Positions 41,718 to 55,304 of a DNA stretch of 64,000 nt are shown here, piece after piece. The notes below the pieces were generated by a model. It saw nothing but the letters and a program-made list of their open reading frames with translations, did no database searches and had not been told where the DNA came from. Positions within the stretch are counted from its first letter, which is position 1. Every line of letters begins with the position of its first letter. This DNA is from Eledone cirrhosa (taxonomy: Eukaryota): contig OZ024743.1 in NCBI GenBank assembly GCA_964016885.1, positions 22,072,001 through 22,136,000 of the forward strand, in the 5' to 3' direction. Made by a program: the position numbers and the translations under genes.

Positions 41718-43927
41718 CAGAATCATTAGAGCATCAGTATTTAGTTATTAGCATGTCTCACCTTCTTATATTCATTTTGAGCAAGTTTCAGACACTTTGA
41801 GACGTGTGCCACTGTTTCTACTTCATCACCACGCAATTGACAAAGAGGAGATACAACTTCTCCATAGTCTGCATTTCTAATGATATTCCTACAAATTTCA
41901 TGATCTTCTGCTGCAATTTTTGTGCTTTCTGTTTCCTTTTTCGAATGCCCCTCCTTTAGCCAATCCTATGATTTTATTCCTCATCTCTTGGATAGGTCGG
42001 AGGAGCACTGTCCTGACATATGCCATGTCTTGAGCATTTTAAATCTGGTGGATCCCATTTCTCTCCAGGTTAGAAGACACTGATTTCTTTCAGAGAGAGT
42101 AAGAGAGAGTGAAAGAAAGCATGAGAGAGGGAGAGGGAGAGAGAGCATGAGTGAGAGAGAGGGAGGGAGAGAGAAAGAGAGCATGACAGAGATAGGAAGA
42201 GAGAGTGGGGGGAGAAAAGAAGAAGAAGAATGTTCATTCGCAGTACTGCCCTGGTACTTATTTATTAACCTTGAAAGGATGAAAGGCAAATTTGAATTGA
42301 ACTCAGAGCACAGTGTACCAGAACAAATACCAAAGCATTTTAAATCTGATATCCTAATGACTGCCATTTAACTGCCTTTGTTTTATATTTTACACAAAAT
42401 ATATTAAATTATTTCTCTACTCCCTTCACTATATTCTGTTTGAACCATCATCTACATTTGCTAACATTGGTTATATTTGTATTGATTGTTATTTCTAATC
42501 TGTTTAACAAGATCAGATTCCTACATGTATTTGTAGTCTCAACCTTCCTGTGTGCTTATGGGATATGAGGCCTCACATCAGAGATACTGAGAAAGATACA
42601 GTGACTAAACCTAAAATGCTCCCACTATATCTTAGGCATCACATATTTCACAAATCAGTTGGTCCAAAAAACTATCCAGCATCACATTGGCCCCTATGAA
42701 AGTATTCTCCCAACATGAGAGAAAAGAAAGTCAAGACGACATGATTATGCAACAATGTCTAGTGCCCCTGCAAAGATGATTTGTCAGGGAACTGTAGAGT
42801 GGGAGAAAGAGGGATAGGTGTACAGAAGGAATGATAGACAGTCAATCTTAAGGAATTGACAAGCATAAAATTGGCAGAGAATCAAGAAATGACACACGGT
42901 CACAGCAGATGGAAAATACTAGAGCATAGTATGTCATTACAGAACATCTAGAAGACCATCAGGATCTGAGAATTCAAACCAGCAAGCCAGCAAGCCAGCA
43001 AGCCAGCAAACCACAAACAATTGAAGTAATCCATTTATTTACAGTTTTTTTCTTTCTTTAGAAAATATTATTATTTCTTTCATGCCATTCTTCAAAACAT
43101 CAGAAGAATAACCAATAATGATGTTCTCTTTATATTTTCAGAACAAGCATTCATAAAATTATCTCTATAAGAAACAGCTGTAAAAATAGTCTGATTTAAT
43201 AGAATAAAGTAGAATTGCTTTATCACTTGCCGTATATAATGTTACATAATATGAATGTTGGGCTTGTTAAATTTTAAAAGTTAATGACAAAAATGGATAC
43301 ATATGTACATATAGATAAGACAATAAAAATGTGTCTATGCAGTTATTTGACTTGTTAAATATAGCAGCCAAATTTCCATACCATTTAAAAGATGAAGTAT
43401 ACATAGGATAATGGTGTAGCCATACATATATTAGCCTGGGGGAAAAAATGCCAGGAGAGTCATGGCTGGAATGACTTTGATCATGGGTCTGCTCAATATT
43501 GTTTGACCTGATGCTAAGCAACAATAACAACAACAGATATATAGATAATAAAAATAAGCAAAAAGGAAGTTATGAAATATTGAAGGGTTTTTTAAGGTGG
43601 GGTGGGGGAGATTTTTAAAAACTTTTTCTTGTTATTGCTTGGGAGCTTTTTAAAGGATATACATCATATTTAGAAGATCCATTTTTATATACCTAGTTTA
43701 TATTGGGTATGATGATAGGCTGAATGAGAGATCAAAGAAAAGTAATGCAGAAAACCAGTCAACCATGCAATCAACACCAAAAGATTATTTCTACTTAGTT
43801 TGCAGATCATTGGTTATTTATCTTCTTCTACCTCTCAGCCTTACCCCAACACTTCTCATCTTGCTTCTGCTGCCTTGTGCTACCTTATTATCCTTTCATT
43901 ATTAGACCGTCTTCCCATATTTCTTCT

Positions 43928-44083
43928 CATCCTTTAATACAGGGGTGGAGGGGATCTCAGTCTCAAATGTTAGATATATTTTCCTCTCCTTCATAGCAAC
44001 CTAACATCCTTTAATGCAGGGGTGGAGGGATCTGCGTCTCAAATGTTAGATATATTTTCCTCTCCTTCATAGCAACCTAACAT
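43928..44083. repeat. ~77-bp tandem duplication
   Basis: catcctttaat.caggggtggaggg...atagcaacctaa occurs twice. Confidence 0.85.
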
Positions 44084-45935
44084 ATATTTTCAGCTTTCCT
44101 TCTTTTGAATCTTGCCTACATAGAAAGACTATCAGAGTCTCTTCAACTTCTTTATGATTTTATTCAGCAGTTCATATGTCTGCTACAATGGCTCAAACAA
44201 CAAAGAACACAGAAAACAAGCAAAATAAGGACAAAAGTAAACAATTTATGTAGAGAGTAATGATAAAAAATATTACTTTCCAGCTTGTTGTCTCCTATTT
44301 ATTGTTACAAAACACATTTATCCATGACAACATTTCCCACACATCCTGCCTCTCTTTATCTCAAACCTTGCAGAAAAATATCCCCAACAACAACAAAAAC
44401 AAACTTAATAATTATAATAATTATTATCATAAGTATGAAGCCATACAATTTCAAGCAATTGAGTATAGTTCTATATATTGACCCAGTATTCAACTGGTAT
44501 TTATTTCACTAACCGCTAAAAGTCAACTCAACAGTATTTGAATCTCAGAACATAAAAGGACAAAAACATTTTGTGCAATACTCCAGTAATTCTACCTTCA
44601 ATAATGATTTCTATTATAGGCACAAGGCCAGCAATTTGGGGAGAGGGGAAGTTGAATAAGCATAAGACCAATAATTTGTGGGGAGGGGAACATTGATTAC
44701 ATCAGCCATAGTATTTAACTGGTACTTTATTTTATCAATCCCAGAAGAATGAAAAGCAAAGTTGACCTCAGTGGTATTTGAACACAGTATGTAAAAAGTC
44801 ATAACTAAATAACATAAAGCATTTTTAGATGGTTGTTTAGCTATTGAATGCCATCAAAGCTCTTTTGCCACACATTCTTTGACCTCCTCATTGACTACTT
44901 TGAACTCAGTATGTAAGCATTTTGTTTGATGCTAATCTACCACCTTTATTCTATCTTTAATAAAGGTTATCTCAAAGTCATGAAGAAGAGGATGAAATTA
45001 ATTAAATGGAACCCAGTATGATGTTTGCTACTCTCAAATTGTCAACTATGAAAAGGAGGAAAGGCAAAATCACTATTGCCAGAAGGATTTTCATTTAGAA
45101 TCTAAAGACACCTACCAGAATACTACTAGACATTTATATATAGTACTGAATTTTGTACACCAATTCTTAACCAAATGAAATTTCCTTCTTAGCTGGAGAA
45201 AGAAAAGTTATTTAATATACTACTGCTTATTTTTTTGTTGTTGTTGTGCTTCTTATTCGGGCTGTCATCTACAATATTAATAATATTTTAAAAGATTTTT
45301 CAGTTGTGTCTAAGTGCTAGTGCCATGATAAAATACATTCAGTAGAGTTCAGGAAGTTATGTAACTGAGATATAGGCTCCCAGCCTATCTGAGAGGTCAG
45401 TAGCTTTGCTTGAGTATCAACTCGACCTGCCAACAATTTGTGGGAAGGAGAAAGTTGATTACATCAACCCAGTACATGATTGGTACTTCATTTTATCGAC
45501 CTCTGGAGGATGAAAAGCAAAGTTGATCTCAGCAGGAGTTGAACTCACAATGCAAGGTTGATGAAAATTTGGAAAATAGTCATATATATATATATCATCA
45601 TCATTCTTTCAGGGGGTTGATAAAATAAAGTATTGTATTATGGGCGATATAATCGACTTTCCCTTCCCTGCATATTATATTCCAGCCTCCATCATAACTA
45701 CCATTACCATTTTTTACATGTTTTTGCATTCTTGCATGGGTTGGACAGGTCATCTCCAGCACATAGTCCTTCATCATCTCATGATGTTCAGCCACACGAG
45801 ATCAGTTTTCACCACTTCACATATCTTCCTCGGCCTCCTTTTTCCACAGGTTTCTTCCACTACACATACTCATTACTCCTTTATATAAGTGACACCTTCA
45901 ATATGCATCATATGCCCATACAAACACAGGTTTTT

Positions 45936-46126
45936 TTGTTGCATACTACATCCTATTCCTCTTATATCCAGTATATTTATAAATGTGCGTGCATGTTCCT
46001 ACATCATCATCATCATTTAGCGTCTATCTTCCACGCTAAACGATGATGATGATGATGATGTAGGCACATGCACGCACATTTATAAATATACTGGATATAA
46101 GGGGAATATCATGTAGTATGCAACAA
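45936..46126. repeat. ~90-bp-arm inverted repeat centred on an RTE (CAT)n tail fragment
   Basis: Arms 45936-46023 and 46033-46126; 9-bp spacer ctatcttcc. Confidence 0.9.
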
Positions 46127-46389
46127 GAAAAAAAACTACATATGCAAAACTTTACTGATAAATCAGTACATCAAATAAAAATTCATGTGATATTTATTCC
46201 TCCCAAGTTGCATAGAAACTTTCTTGTCACCCTTGCCAATGTAAAAAATTTAGTAAGCCTATAATATTTGGCATTATTGTTCACAAATGCATGATATGAA
46301 ATAAATAAGTATTAGCAGGCAGTAAAAGATAAAACAAACTCCAGGTGAAGTGTGCATTAGTTAGTGAACATTTTTACAATAGTATTTTT

Positions 46390-46580
46390 GCATGGCTGGC
46401 ATTGCAGGAAACACTCCACTCCCTCACGTACTGTATAAGGGAAATTTAAACTTGTCTAAAGTTTTGTCTAGATCTGACACTGTCAATAGTCATGTTAAGC
46501 TGTAATGTTTGCCAGTGCAGTGGCATTGAAAAACCAATAAATCTTGTATATATGGATGACTTGAAACTATGTACAAAATA
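46390..46580 (+). pseudogene. Highly degenerate RT fragment, R4/Dong-like
   Basis: PINLVYMDDLKLCTK at ~46534-46578. Confidence 0.4.
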
Positions 46581-47016
46581 TTGCAATAAACTATAAAATT
46601 TGAGAATTGTACAAACGCCACTCTACAAAAATAATTTTTTGAAACAGAGCTTGTATAGGATCACCTGACCAGTTAGAAATAGGAGCCAAATCACACTTTA
46701 CTATTTTAAATATGCAAGGGAAATAGTAGATAAGGTAGCCCTAATACCATTCATTCATTACAAAGACAGCATGTCATCGTTAGAGAACCTTTAATCATCA
46801 GCCTGGTCAAATCAAGGATAATCTTGGGATAAACAACAAAGATAACAACAACAGCAACAACATCACAAAAGGCATTTAAAAAATCAAAGAGCTAGAATAA
46901 GAACTTAGAAGTACTTTGAAATATATGAAGCCAGTAAATACTCATCATACACAAATAAAGAAAATATATCAAAAGAGGATACAATAAGTGAATTAGATTA
47001 GTATTAAGAACAGATA

Positions 47017-47069
<53 letters not shown>

Positions 47070-47096
47070 GTATGTATATATATATATATATGTATG

Positions 47097-47128
<32 letters not shown>

Positions 47129-48389
47129 TATATTATATGCATATATATATATATATATGTACATATATATATATTTATATATGTTGTTATTTCCATAAAC
47201 CTTTCCCAGTAATTACCTGTTACCATTAAATAAATTGAAAGCCAACTAAATATAGAGCAATAAAGACATGAAAACAAGAAGCTATAACTGTATTTATACT
47301 TCATACACATTATAAACTTCAAAGGAGGAACAGGAATCAATCAAATAGAGAATTACTATAGATTAACAATAGTAAGATCAAGAAAGCAACTCATAAAAAA
47401 TATGAACAGATTCAACAAATTAATTAAAGAACACAATAAATAATAATCAAACTATCAGAAAATAAGGAAGTATTTACGTCATCATTATCCTCATCATCGC
47501 ATGGTTTGGATGAGTCCTTACTAACATAACCTCCTCTAACATGTGACATTCCTTTGTTAAACCTATGCAAGTGTGGAAAAATTGATGTTAAACGGCAATG
47601 ATGATGTTTTGTGAGCTTACACATTTTCAAATAAGTTCTAAACTCTTCTGCCCAGGCTTTACTTGGTTATCCTAAACTGCAGCTTTCTTCCATTAGCTTC
47701 ACATGGTACATCTTCATATACAAAATCAAAAATGGAAATACTATATATGAAGGAAGGTCTAAAAGTTATCAGCTGGATCATGAAAGAAATAAACAAAAAG
47801 GTTGAAACTCACCAAATCGTATTCTTTACCATCTTGACAGTAATGAGGAATTATTGTGTCATACAAATGCATTTAGTGTATTTTCTAGTGTATACAAAGC
47901 AGATTTTAATGCAAAAATGTATCTGTTCTATATACATTGAAGGTATGAATATAGTAACAACAATATTTTTTTTATTAACCATTAATGATAGTATAATATG
48001 ATGCATTGGGGTATTATGGAAACCTGTAAAAATGAGAATTGACAAAAACAAAAAAGCAGTAACAATAAATTTAAATCAAAGAAAATTTCACAATAATGGA
48101 GAGACTTCTGGCAGCTACGTGAAAAAATTGTCCATGAAAAGCTACAGTCACCCTGACCAATAAGTCATCCTCCAATCTACAAGTGTATACTCCAAGCAAA
48201 CCTGTTCATTCAAACCATGCTTGCCACTCTCATCCATCTTTCAACAAATTATCAATAGTTTCTAATTTAAGCACAAGGCTAGCAATTTTGGAGGAGGGTT
48301 AAGTTGACATGGAGAAAAATGTAGGTGAAAGTATTTGTAAATATATGATAAGCATTGTTCAATGGAGCACAAAAGAAAAAAAAATCTAA

Positions 48390-48690
48390 TTTATAGACTC
48401 AACTGGCTGCTTAAACCTGATTGCTTAACAAACCAAATGAAACCTGTTGATGTTTTTATTCATAAGTCTTTTAAAACTTTCTTAGAACAACTGGCTGCAG
48501 CAACAAGATTTTGCTACAACCCCTATGGGTAAAAAAAAAAGAGTGATATTTGCTCAGATATGCATGTGGGTGGAAAATTAATGGGGAAAAATGAGAAGTG
48601 ACATAATGATAAAGCTATTTTTAAAATGTGGTATCACTAACATAATGGATAGCACCAAGGATGACATACTCTTTGAAAATGATTGCGCAT
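48390..48690 (+). pseudogene. pogo-type DDE transposase C-terminal relic
   Basis: PDCLTNQMKPVDVFIHKSFK (cf. P..T..LQPLDV.INKPFK) and KCGITNIMDSTKDDILF. Confidence 0.7.
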
Positions 48691-49141
48691 CCACTGATGA
48701 AATTTCAGATTCCTTTCCAAGCAATAGACAAAGATGCCATAAATTTTAGAGCTAAATAAAACCTTTTTTTATGGATAAGTCTTTAAAATTTGTTTTTATT
48801 TTGATGATTTGAACAGTTTTGAGTATAGAACAATGCTCTTTTTTTATATCAAGTTTAATTTTGTTCAATAAAAATCTTTCAAAATACTACTATAACATTA
48901 TTTACCAAAATTATTTTCTTAAAATAAAGTTACATTTTATAAATTGTAACTTCATTTTAAGAAAATAATTTTATATATAAAATGGTGAGTATGATGGGCT
49001 ATATAGTTATAACAGCATTACTAAAGTCTTTGCCCTCATCTACTGTGTGTAGGACAAGTCAGAGGTAACTGAGTTCTACACATAAAGATGACAAAGCCCC
49101 TATCAGTTTTCAGTGCTGTCACTGCTTATACAGCACTAAAT

Positions 49142-49225
49142 TGCATTCTAGCTATAAATGCATTCTAGCTATAAATGCATTCTAGCTATAAATGCATTCT
49201 AGCTATAAATGCATTCTAGCTATAA
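49142..49225. repeat. 17-bp tandem repeat x5 (tgcattctagctataaa)
   Basis: Direct reading. Confidence 0.95.
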
Positions 49226-49732
49226 CCATCTCATTTTTTATTCAAACATAACACATCTTGAATGACTATCCAATGTATCATATTCTAAGATGTCAGGATG
49301 CTATTTGAGTGTGATTTAGATGCTGTTTCTAGCAGGTCATGTCACCATTTACAAGCTCTTCTATTGACCTGTATCAGTTGTAGTTATCCACACCTCTCTA
49401 GATTGCCCTGGGCCGGACGCCATACTTTGCAGCATAGAGTTACGGCCCTTTATGATCTGAGTCAAATCCGACCGAGGTTAACTTTGCCTTTCATCTTTAC
49501 GGGTTCGATAAAATAAAGTTCCAGTAATGCACTGGGGTCGATTTAATTGACTTTCCCCTCCCTCCAAAATTGTTGGTCTTGTGACTATATAAGAAACAAC
49601 TATTTGGTGTATAAGTAAACACCAGAATTACTAATTGAAATTCTATTAAACTGCACTAATAATTCACATTTATATCTAAAAAAATGTTGAACAATAATAT
49701 TTCAGCTTCTGGTTCTTTACTGGTTGTGATAG

Positions 49733-49875
49733 CAGCATGGCAGAATGATTAAGTTTACTTCTCATCATGAAGTCCTGGGTTTTATCCTAATGCATGGCAT
49801 CTTGGGCAAGTGTCATTTACCACAGCCTCAGGTGAACCCATACCTTGTGAGTGAAATTGGATAGATGGAAACTGT
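49733..49875 (+). mobile_element. Second, older SINE family
   Basis: tRNA-like head followed by catggcatcttgggcaagtgtc...ttgtgagtgaaattgg; related copy at ~39948-40100. Confidence 0.5.
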
Positions 49876-50414
49876 ACCTGTAATTCAAAGGGCTAGATAT
49901 TCTTACAGTGTCAAACTGAGGCTCCCTGAGAATCATATTAAGTGTTCATGTTTCTATTTAATATTCAACCACATAAAAATTAATTTTATGAGCAGGCTAT
50001 TCCATTAATCAAATAACTGGAACAATCATCGTCAAAATGAATGGAGGTCCATTCCATTTCACTATACTAGATGGAATGAGCTGGATTTAGCAAAAACTAG
50101 GTCCTCAGCATTACTTATTAGACAGATGTCTAAAATTCTGTGTGTTTCTCCACTACAAAACAAATCAATCAAACAATCAATGAATCAATGTATCATTCAA
50201 ACTGACCTACACACACTGGTATTGATTTGAAATTATTTTGTAAAATAATCTACCACACAACACATGCAGTCTGTTTATTGCTAGTCTAAAGATTAAACTG
50301 TGGGAGGAATGTCTATCAAAGACTGTATATTAATATTATTAACACACACACACATACATATATATATATTATATATGTTTATATATATACTGTATATGTT
50401 TATATATATAAATA

Positions 50415-50466
<52 letters not shown>

Positions 50467-50473
<7 letters not shown>

Positions 50474-50643
50474 GACCCGCCTTGCCTAAGTACAAAGCGA
50501 AACCTACAGTCAGTAGGCACCTCTTAACCAAATATACACCCCAACCCACTACCCTTATGGAAGGGTTGGGGTGTATATTTGGTTAAGAGGTGCCTACTGA
50601 CTGTAGGTTTCGTTTTGTACATAGGCAAGGCGGGTCTTCTGTA
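50467..50643. repeat. 81-bp-arm inverted repeat of LINE 3' UTR abutting (TA)n
   Basis: Arms 50467-50547 and 50563-50643. Confidence 0.9.
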
Positions 50644-52520
50644 ATACTGCGTAGCGTAGCGTGAAAGATCTTGGTCCAGTGGCATTGTCTTAGAGAGATG
50701 CAAGTGTGTAAGGTCGGAATTTATCAAATCGTCCCAGGTTTTTCTAGATCTACCTATTCCATAACTTCCATCAATTTTGATCGCCCTGAACTTTTTTTAT
50801 ACAGCTGTCGTCTTTCATGCGCATCACGTGACCATACCAACGTAGTCTTCTCTCAACTAAACAGCATCTGATCCCTCTTATTCCTACTTTCTCACTTAGT
50901 TCATTTCTCACTTAGTTCATTTATGTTTTGCCGTTTGGGTATATTACTATTACACATCCAACGCAATGCCCATGTCTCACTGCCATGTAGCATTGCTGTT
51001 CGTATACAGGCATCATACAATCTGCGGTATAAGCTCTCTGAACTTTTTCCATCCCGTTCTGACTCTGGCTACTGTACTTTCAGAGCACCCTCCACCACTG
51101 CTGATTTTGTCACCCAGGTAACGGAAAGTGTCCACTATTTCTATAGAACCATCTGGGCAATAGAAGGAGCTAGTATCTTGTGGGCACTTGCTATTTATTG
51201 CACCTGAGCATCGGCCACATATAAAATCTATGTTCTTAGATAGCTTATCTGTGATCCCACTACATCTTTTATGTACCCATAGTTTGCATTTGCGACATAA
51301 AATAGAATTTCTACCTACTCCTTTCCTACACACTGAGCATTGCCATTTCCCAGAGGGCACGTGTGCTCTATTTTCCTTTCTACATACTAGAACTTTAGTC
51401 TTAGACAAGTTAACTTTAAGGCCTTTTGATTCTAGGCCATGCTTCCATGTTTGGAATTTCTTCTCTAGTTCAGCCATAGATTCAGCTATGAGAGTTAGAT
51501 CATCTGTGTATAGAAGTTCCCATGGGCAGCGAGTCTTAAACTCCTCTGTTATAGCCTGAAGGGCAATAATAATTAGGAGGAGGCTAAGGACAGAGCCTTG
51601 ATGAACACCAACTTTTACGCTAAATTCTTCACTATATTCATTGTTAATTCTAACCTTGCTCACTGTTTCTTTATACATGGCTTGTATAGCTCTCACAAGC
51701 CATTCATCTACACCTAGTTTTCTAAAAGCCCACCAGATAATGGAGCGGGGGACTCTGTCAAAGGCTTTCTCCAAGTCAACAAAAGCTAAGTACGGGGATT
51801 TACTTTTAGCTACGTACTTCCCCTGTAGTTGTCGTACAAGAAAAAGAGCACCTGCGGTACTTTTACCTGACACAAACCCAAACTGTCAAAAGCATCATGT
51901 AATATTCTTCTCCTCAGGGTAGTCCTCCTCTGTCAACGAGTACGTCTAGTCTTTACTATGAGGTCAATAACTATGAGGTATGTTGGGAGGTGCATTCTTC
52001 ACAGGGGGGGAGGTGCATTCTTCACAGGTGTTTATGACAGACACTCTGTCACATCTTCTAGTAAGGATATAATCTATCTGGCTGGCGTGTTTCCCTGATC
52101 TATAGGTGATCAAGTGATTCTCTCATTTTTGAAGTTTGTGTTACAGATAGTTAGGTTATTAGCGTCACAGAATTCCAGGATTCTGAAGCCTTCCTCATTT
52201 CTAGTACCAAACCCATAGCTTCCAGAAAAGTTTATAGCATCGTTTTTTACCCACAATGAATCTAGCAGACCAACCCCTCCACCTAGTCTCTTGAACACAT
52301 CAAACCTCAACTTCCTTACGTTCAAGCATCTCTACAACCTCGTTTGAGCGACCTTTCAAAGTGCCTACATTCATGGTAACAACTCTGAAGTTTTGGATTT
52401 CGTTGGGTGGGTGGAAGGGATGGGTTGGAGGCGCAGGGAAGGGTGTGGGAGATGAAATTATGTTGGCCATCCATGTCTGAAATAAAGAGGAGTCCTTGCA
52501 TTCTCGTCCAGCAGCAGGAG
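50563..52520 (-). mobile_element. RTE LINE (family 1), internally deleted: APE fragments, RT, PHD finger and C-terminus
   Basis: TMNVGTLKGRSNEVVEML...VQETRW and GFGTRNEEG.RILEFC (APE); FVDLEKAFDRVPR, GVHQGSVLS, YTDDL (RT, ORF 51013-51873). Confidence 0.92.
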
Positions 52521-52606
52521 GTCAATTTATCTTTATCATTGACATTGTCATTGAGTGTTCAGATTCAGATTGTTCAGACTCTCCATATATATATAACAAA
52601 AAGCTA

Positions 52607-52879
52607 TAAAAAAATCCAGTGATCCGAAAAGATATCCAAGTGGAAGTTCTAGTAGAGTCCAGGTAAAAATCTAGTTCCAGGGTGAACTAATAATTGTTTC
52701 TACTTTAGGCACAAGGCCAGCAATTACCCAGTGCATTACTGGTACTTTATTGCACTGGGTAATTGCTGGCCTTGTGCCTAAAGTAGAAACAATTATTAGT
52801 TCACCCTGGAACTAGATTTTTACCTGGACTCTACTAGAACTTCCACTTGGATATCTTTTCGGATCACTGGATTTTTTTA
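52607..52879. repeat. 129-bp-arm perfect inverted repeat made of SINE tail plus flanking DNA
   Basis: Arms 52607-52735 and 52751-52879; 16-bp direct repeat at 52679-52694 and 52879-52894. Confidence 0.92.
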
Positions 52880-53137
52880 GGGTGAACTAATAATATATTA
52901 TATTAAGAAAAATATAAAAATTATGGAAGCTTAAACATAAAAATTATGGAAGCTTAATTTAGTAATAATGTAACAATCAGTAGAATGATTGCTAATTATG
53001 AAGAAACTATTCACCTAAAAACAGTATTTATAGAAGTGAAAAGGATTATTTATAAAATAAATTTATAAGTGTATATTAAGTAAAACGCATTCGGCTACAT
53101 ATAAACATATATCTATTCATACAAATATGTACACTTT

Positions 53138-54620
53138 TTCATCTTCATCTTCTTCTTCTTCTTCTCCCACTTATTCCTGAGAGGGTCATGGGAGAAAAGT
53201 CCTCAAACACTTCTTCCAGCAGGTCCTGTCGGAAACAACAGTCTCTATCTGGTCCGGCTAGAACCCCCAGCAAGACCAGCCAAGCTCATAGATGTTATCC
53301 ACACATCTGGCTTGAGGTCTACACCTGGGTCTCCTGCCAATTGGTTTTGCCCCAAAAATATGTCCAGCGATACCTTCCCAAGACATTCTAACCACATGCC
53401 CATAGTATTGGAGCTGTGATCTCTCAACTCAGAGAAGTAGTGGATCTACCTGGAATGACTCTCTGATTTCTAAACTACACACTCTATAAAGTAATGTTAC
53501 TCCAAAAACCCTTCAGAGCAACCCCATTTCAGATGCTTGTATTCCTGATCGTATTCTTTTGGCCATTACTCAAGACTCATAACCACAAGTAATGGTTGGC
53601 ATGAATACTGAATTGAAGATATCAAGTTTGGCTTTCATGCCTACCTTGCTTCTGGTTACTGAATGCTGAAGCTGGTGCATTACTGCACCAGATCCAGTAA
53701 TTCTTGCACTTAATTCAGCCTCCTTCTTCCAATACTTGTCAACATAGCCCCAAGAAACTTGAACTTCTCTACCTGCTTCAGTGGAACTCCATTTACATGT
53801 AGATTGCACTGTGTAGGCTTCCTTAAGAGGCCAAGCATCTCATTTTTTGCAGCACTGATTTTTTGATTTTTATTCCAGCCATACAGCACTCGTCATCGAA
53901 CCTGTCAAGTGCAAGTTGGAGATCACCTTCATAAACAGAGGATGTTGAGACAGAATGGGGACTTTTCAGCACAGCAGTTTCTACTTCAGCTGTTAAATGC
54001 TGTGGGTGAAAGAGGCTTGGTGTGATGCCAGATGGCAGGAGGACCCTTGGTTCAATCAAAAGGTCAAAGTTGCCATCTGAGCAAAGACGGAGACTTACAA
54101 AACTTGGCTTGGAAATAACTCCTTCGCATTGCATTTGCTGTACAAGCATGCAAGACGACTTGCAGCAGAGATAGTAAAGGCATATGAAGTTAAGACATGG
54201 GAGGATTTTAGGGTTAAGCTGGAATCTGACTTCAGATCATCAAATAAAGTGTTTTGGCAGACAATCCGCTGACTTGTAATAAAAAGCCCTCCTCCACACC
54301 TGCTATCAAGAACGCATCTGAATTCTCCTCCCTTGAGAGAGGTGTATACTCGTGAGGTGGAGAGAGTAATTTGCTGATCTCCTAAACCCGATCACAACAG
54401 CATTTTCTGATGCACACGAGGTGCATCTGGGAGCGGTGACTAATTTCACAGAGGCTGAAGTCACAAGAGCAATTAAAGAGCTCAAATGTGGCAAGGCCAC
54501 TGGGGAGATGTTAAAATCCCTGAATAGAGAATGTATTCTCTGGCTGACTCGTGTGTGGTGGGTGGCCTGGATCTCAGGAAAGGAACCTAAGCAATGGCAA
54601 TCAGGAGTGATAATCCCATT
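53138..54620 (-). mobile_element. RTE LINE (family 2) with inverted 5' segment
   Basis: Minus 53138-53955 encodes the thumb/C-terminus with (GAA)n tail; plus 53965-54620 encodes the EN-RT linker (WEDFRVKLESDFRSSNKVFWQTIR, EPKQWQSGVIIPL). Confidence 0.85.
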
Positions 54621-54904
54621 ATGTACACTCATATATAAATTATATAAATACATATACACCCACACAGATACTTATAGAATGCATATATGTACACACATAA
54701 ACACCTATGTCTCCACACACACATATATATATATATGTGTACACATATCCACCCATATACTTCACAGCACATATCTCCACAGGCATGCATATATACATAC
54801 CAACATACACATAGTTATGCATACATACAGAGACACACATAAGCATACCAAGCTACATATCATCATCTCCATTTAATGTCCTATTTTCTATGCTTGCATG
54901 GGTC

Positions 54905-54945
<41 letters not shown>

Positions 54946-55018
54946 AAAAAAGGGGAAGAATGACTTCACTTGTGGTTAATGTTCTTTAATAATTCAAATC
55001 TTTACAATAAGTCATTAT

Positions 55019-55093
<75 letters not shown>

Positions 55094-55259
55094 ATACTTT
55101 GGGAGGGTCATGTTGCCAATAAGAAACACACGCACCAGTTGCTTTCACTTCAATTTATTATATATTTATAGATTTATAGATTTATAAATTTACAAATCTA
55201 CAAACTTATAAATTTCTGGTTGGTTGGTTGGTTCCACAACCAGATAGTTGTTTATATAT

Positions 55260-55304
55260 AGTCATAGTTCTTTCGTCACACACTCTGTAACCTCTTCAGT
55301 GACT
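55260..55304 (-). ncRNA. Minimal type I hammerhead ribozyme motif (left arm)
   Basis: agtca-CTGAAGA-g gttaca..tgtgac-GAAA-gaac-TA-tgact. Confidence 0.65.

Noticed and set aside
49142-49225. CRISPR-like array (also the 20-bp repeats at ~30455 and ~50-bp units at 57340-57570)
   Set aside because: Contiguous tandem units without unique spacers in eukaryotic DNA; no cas genes
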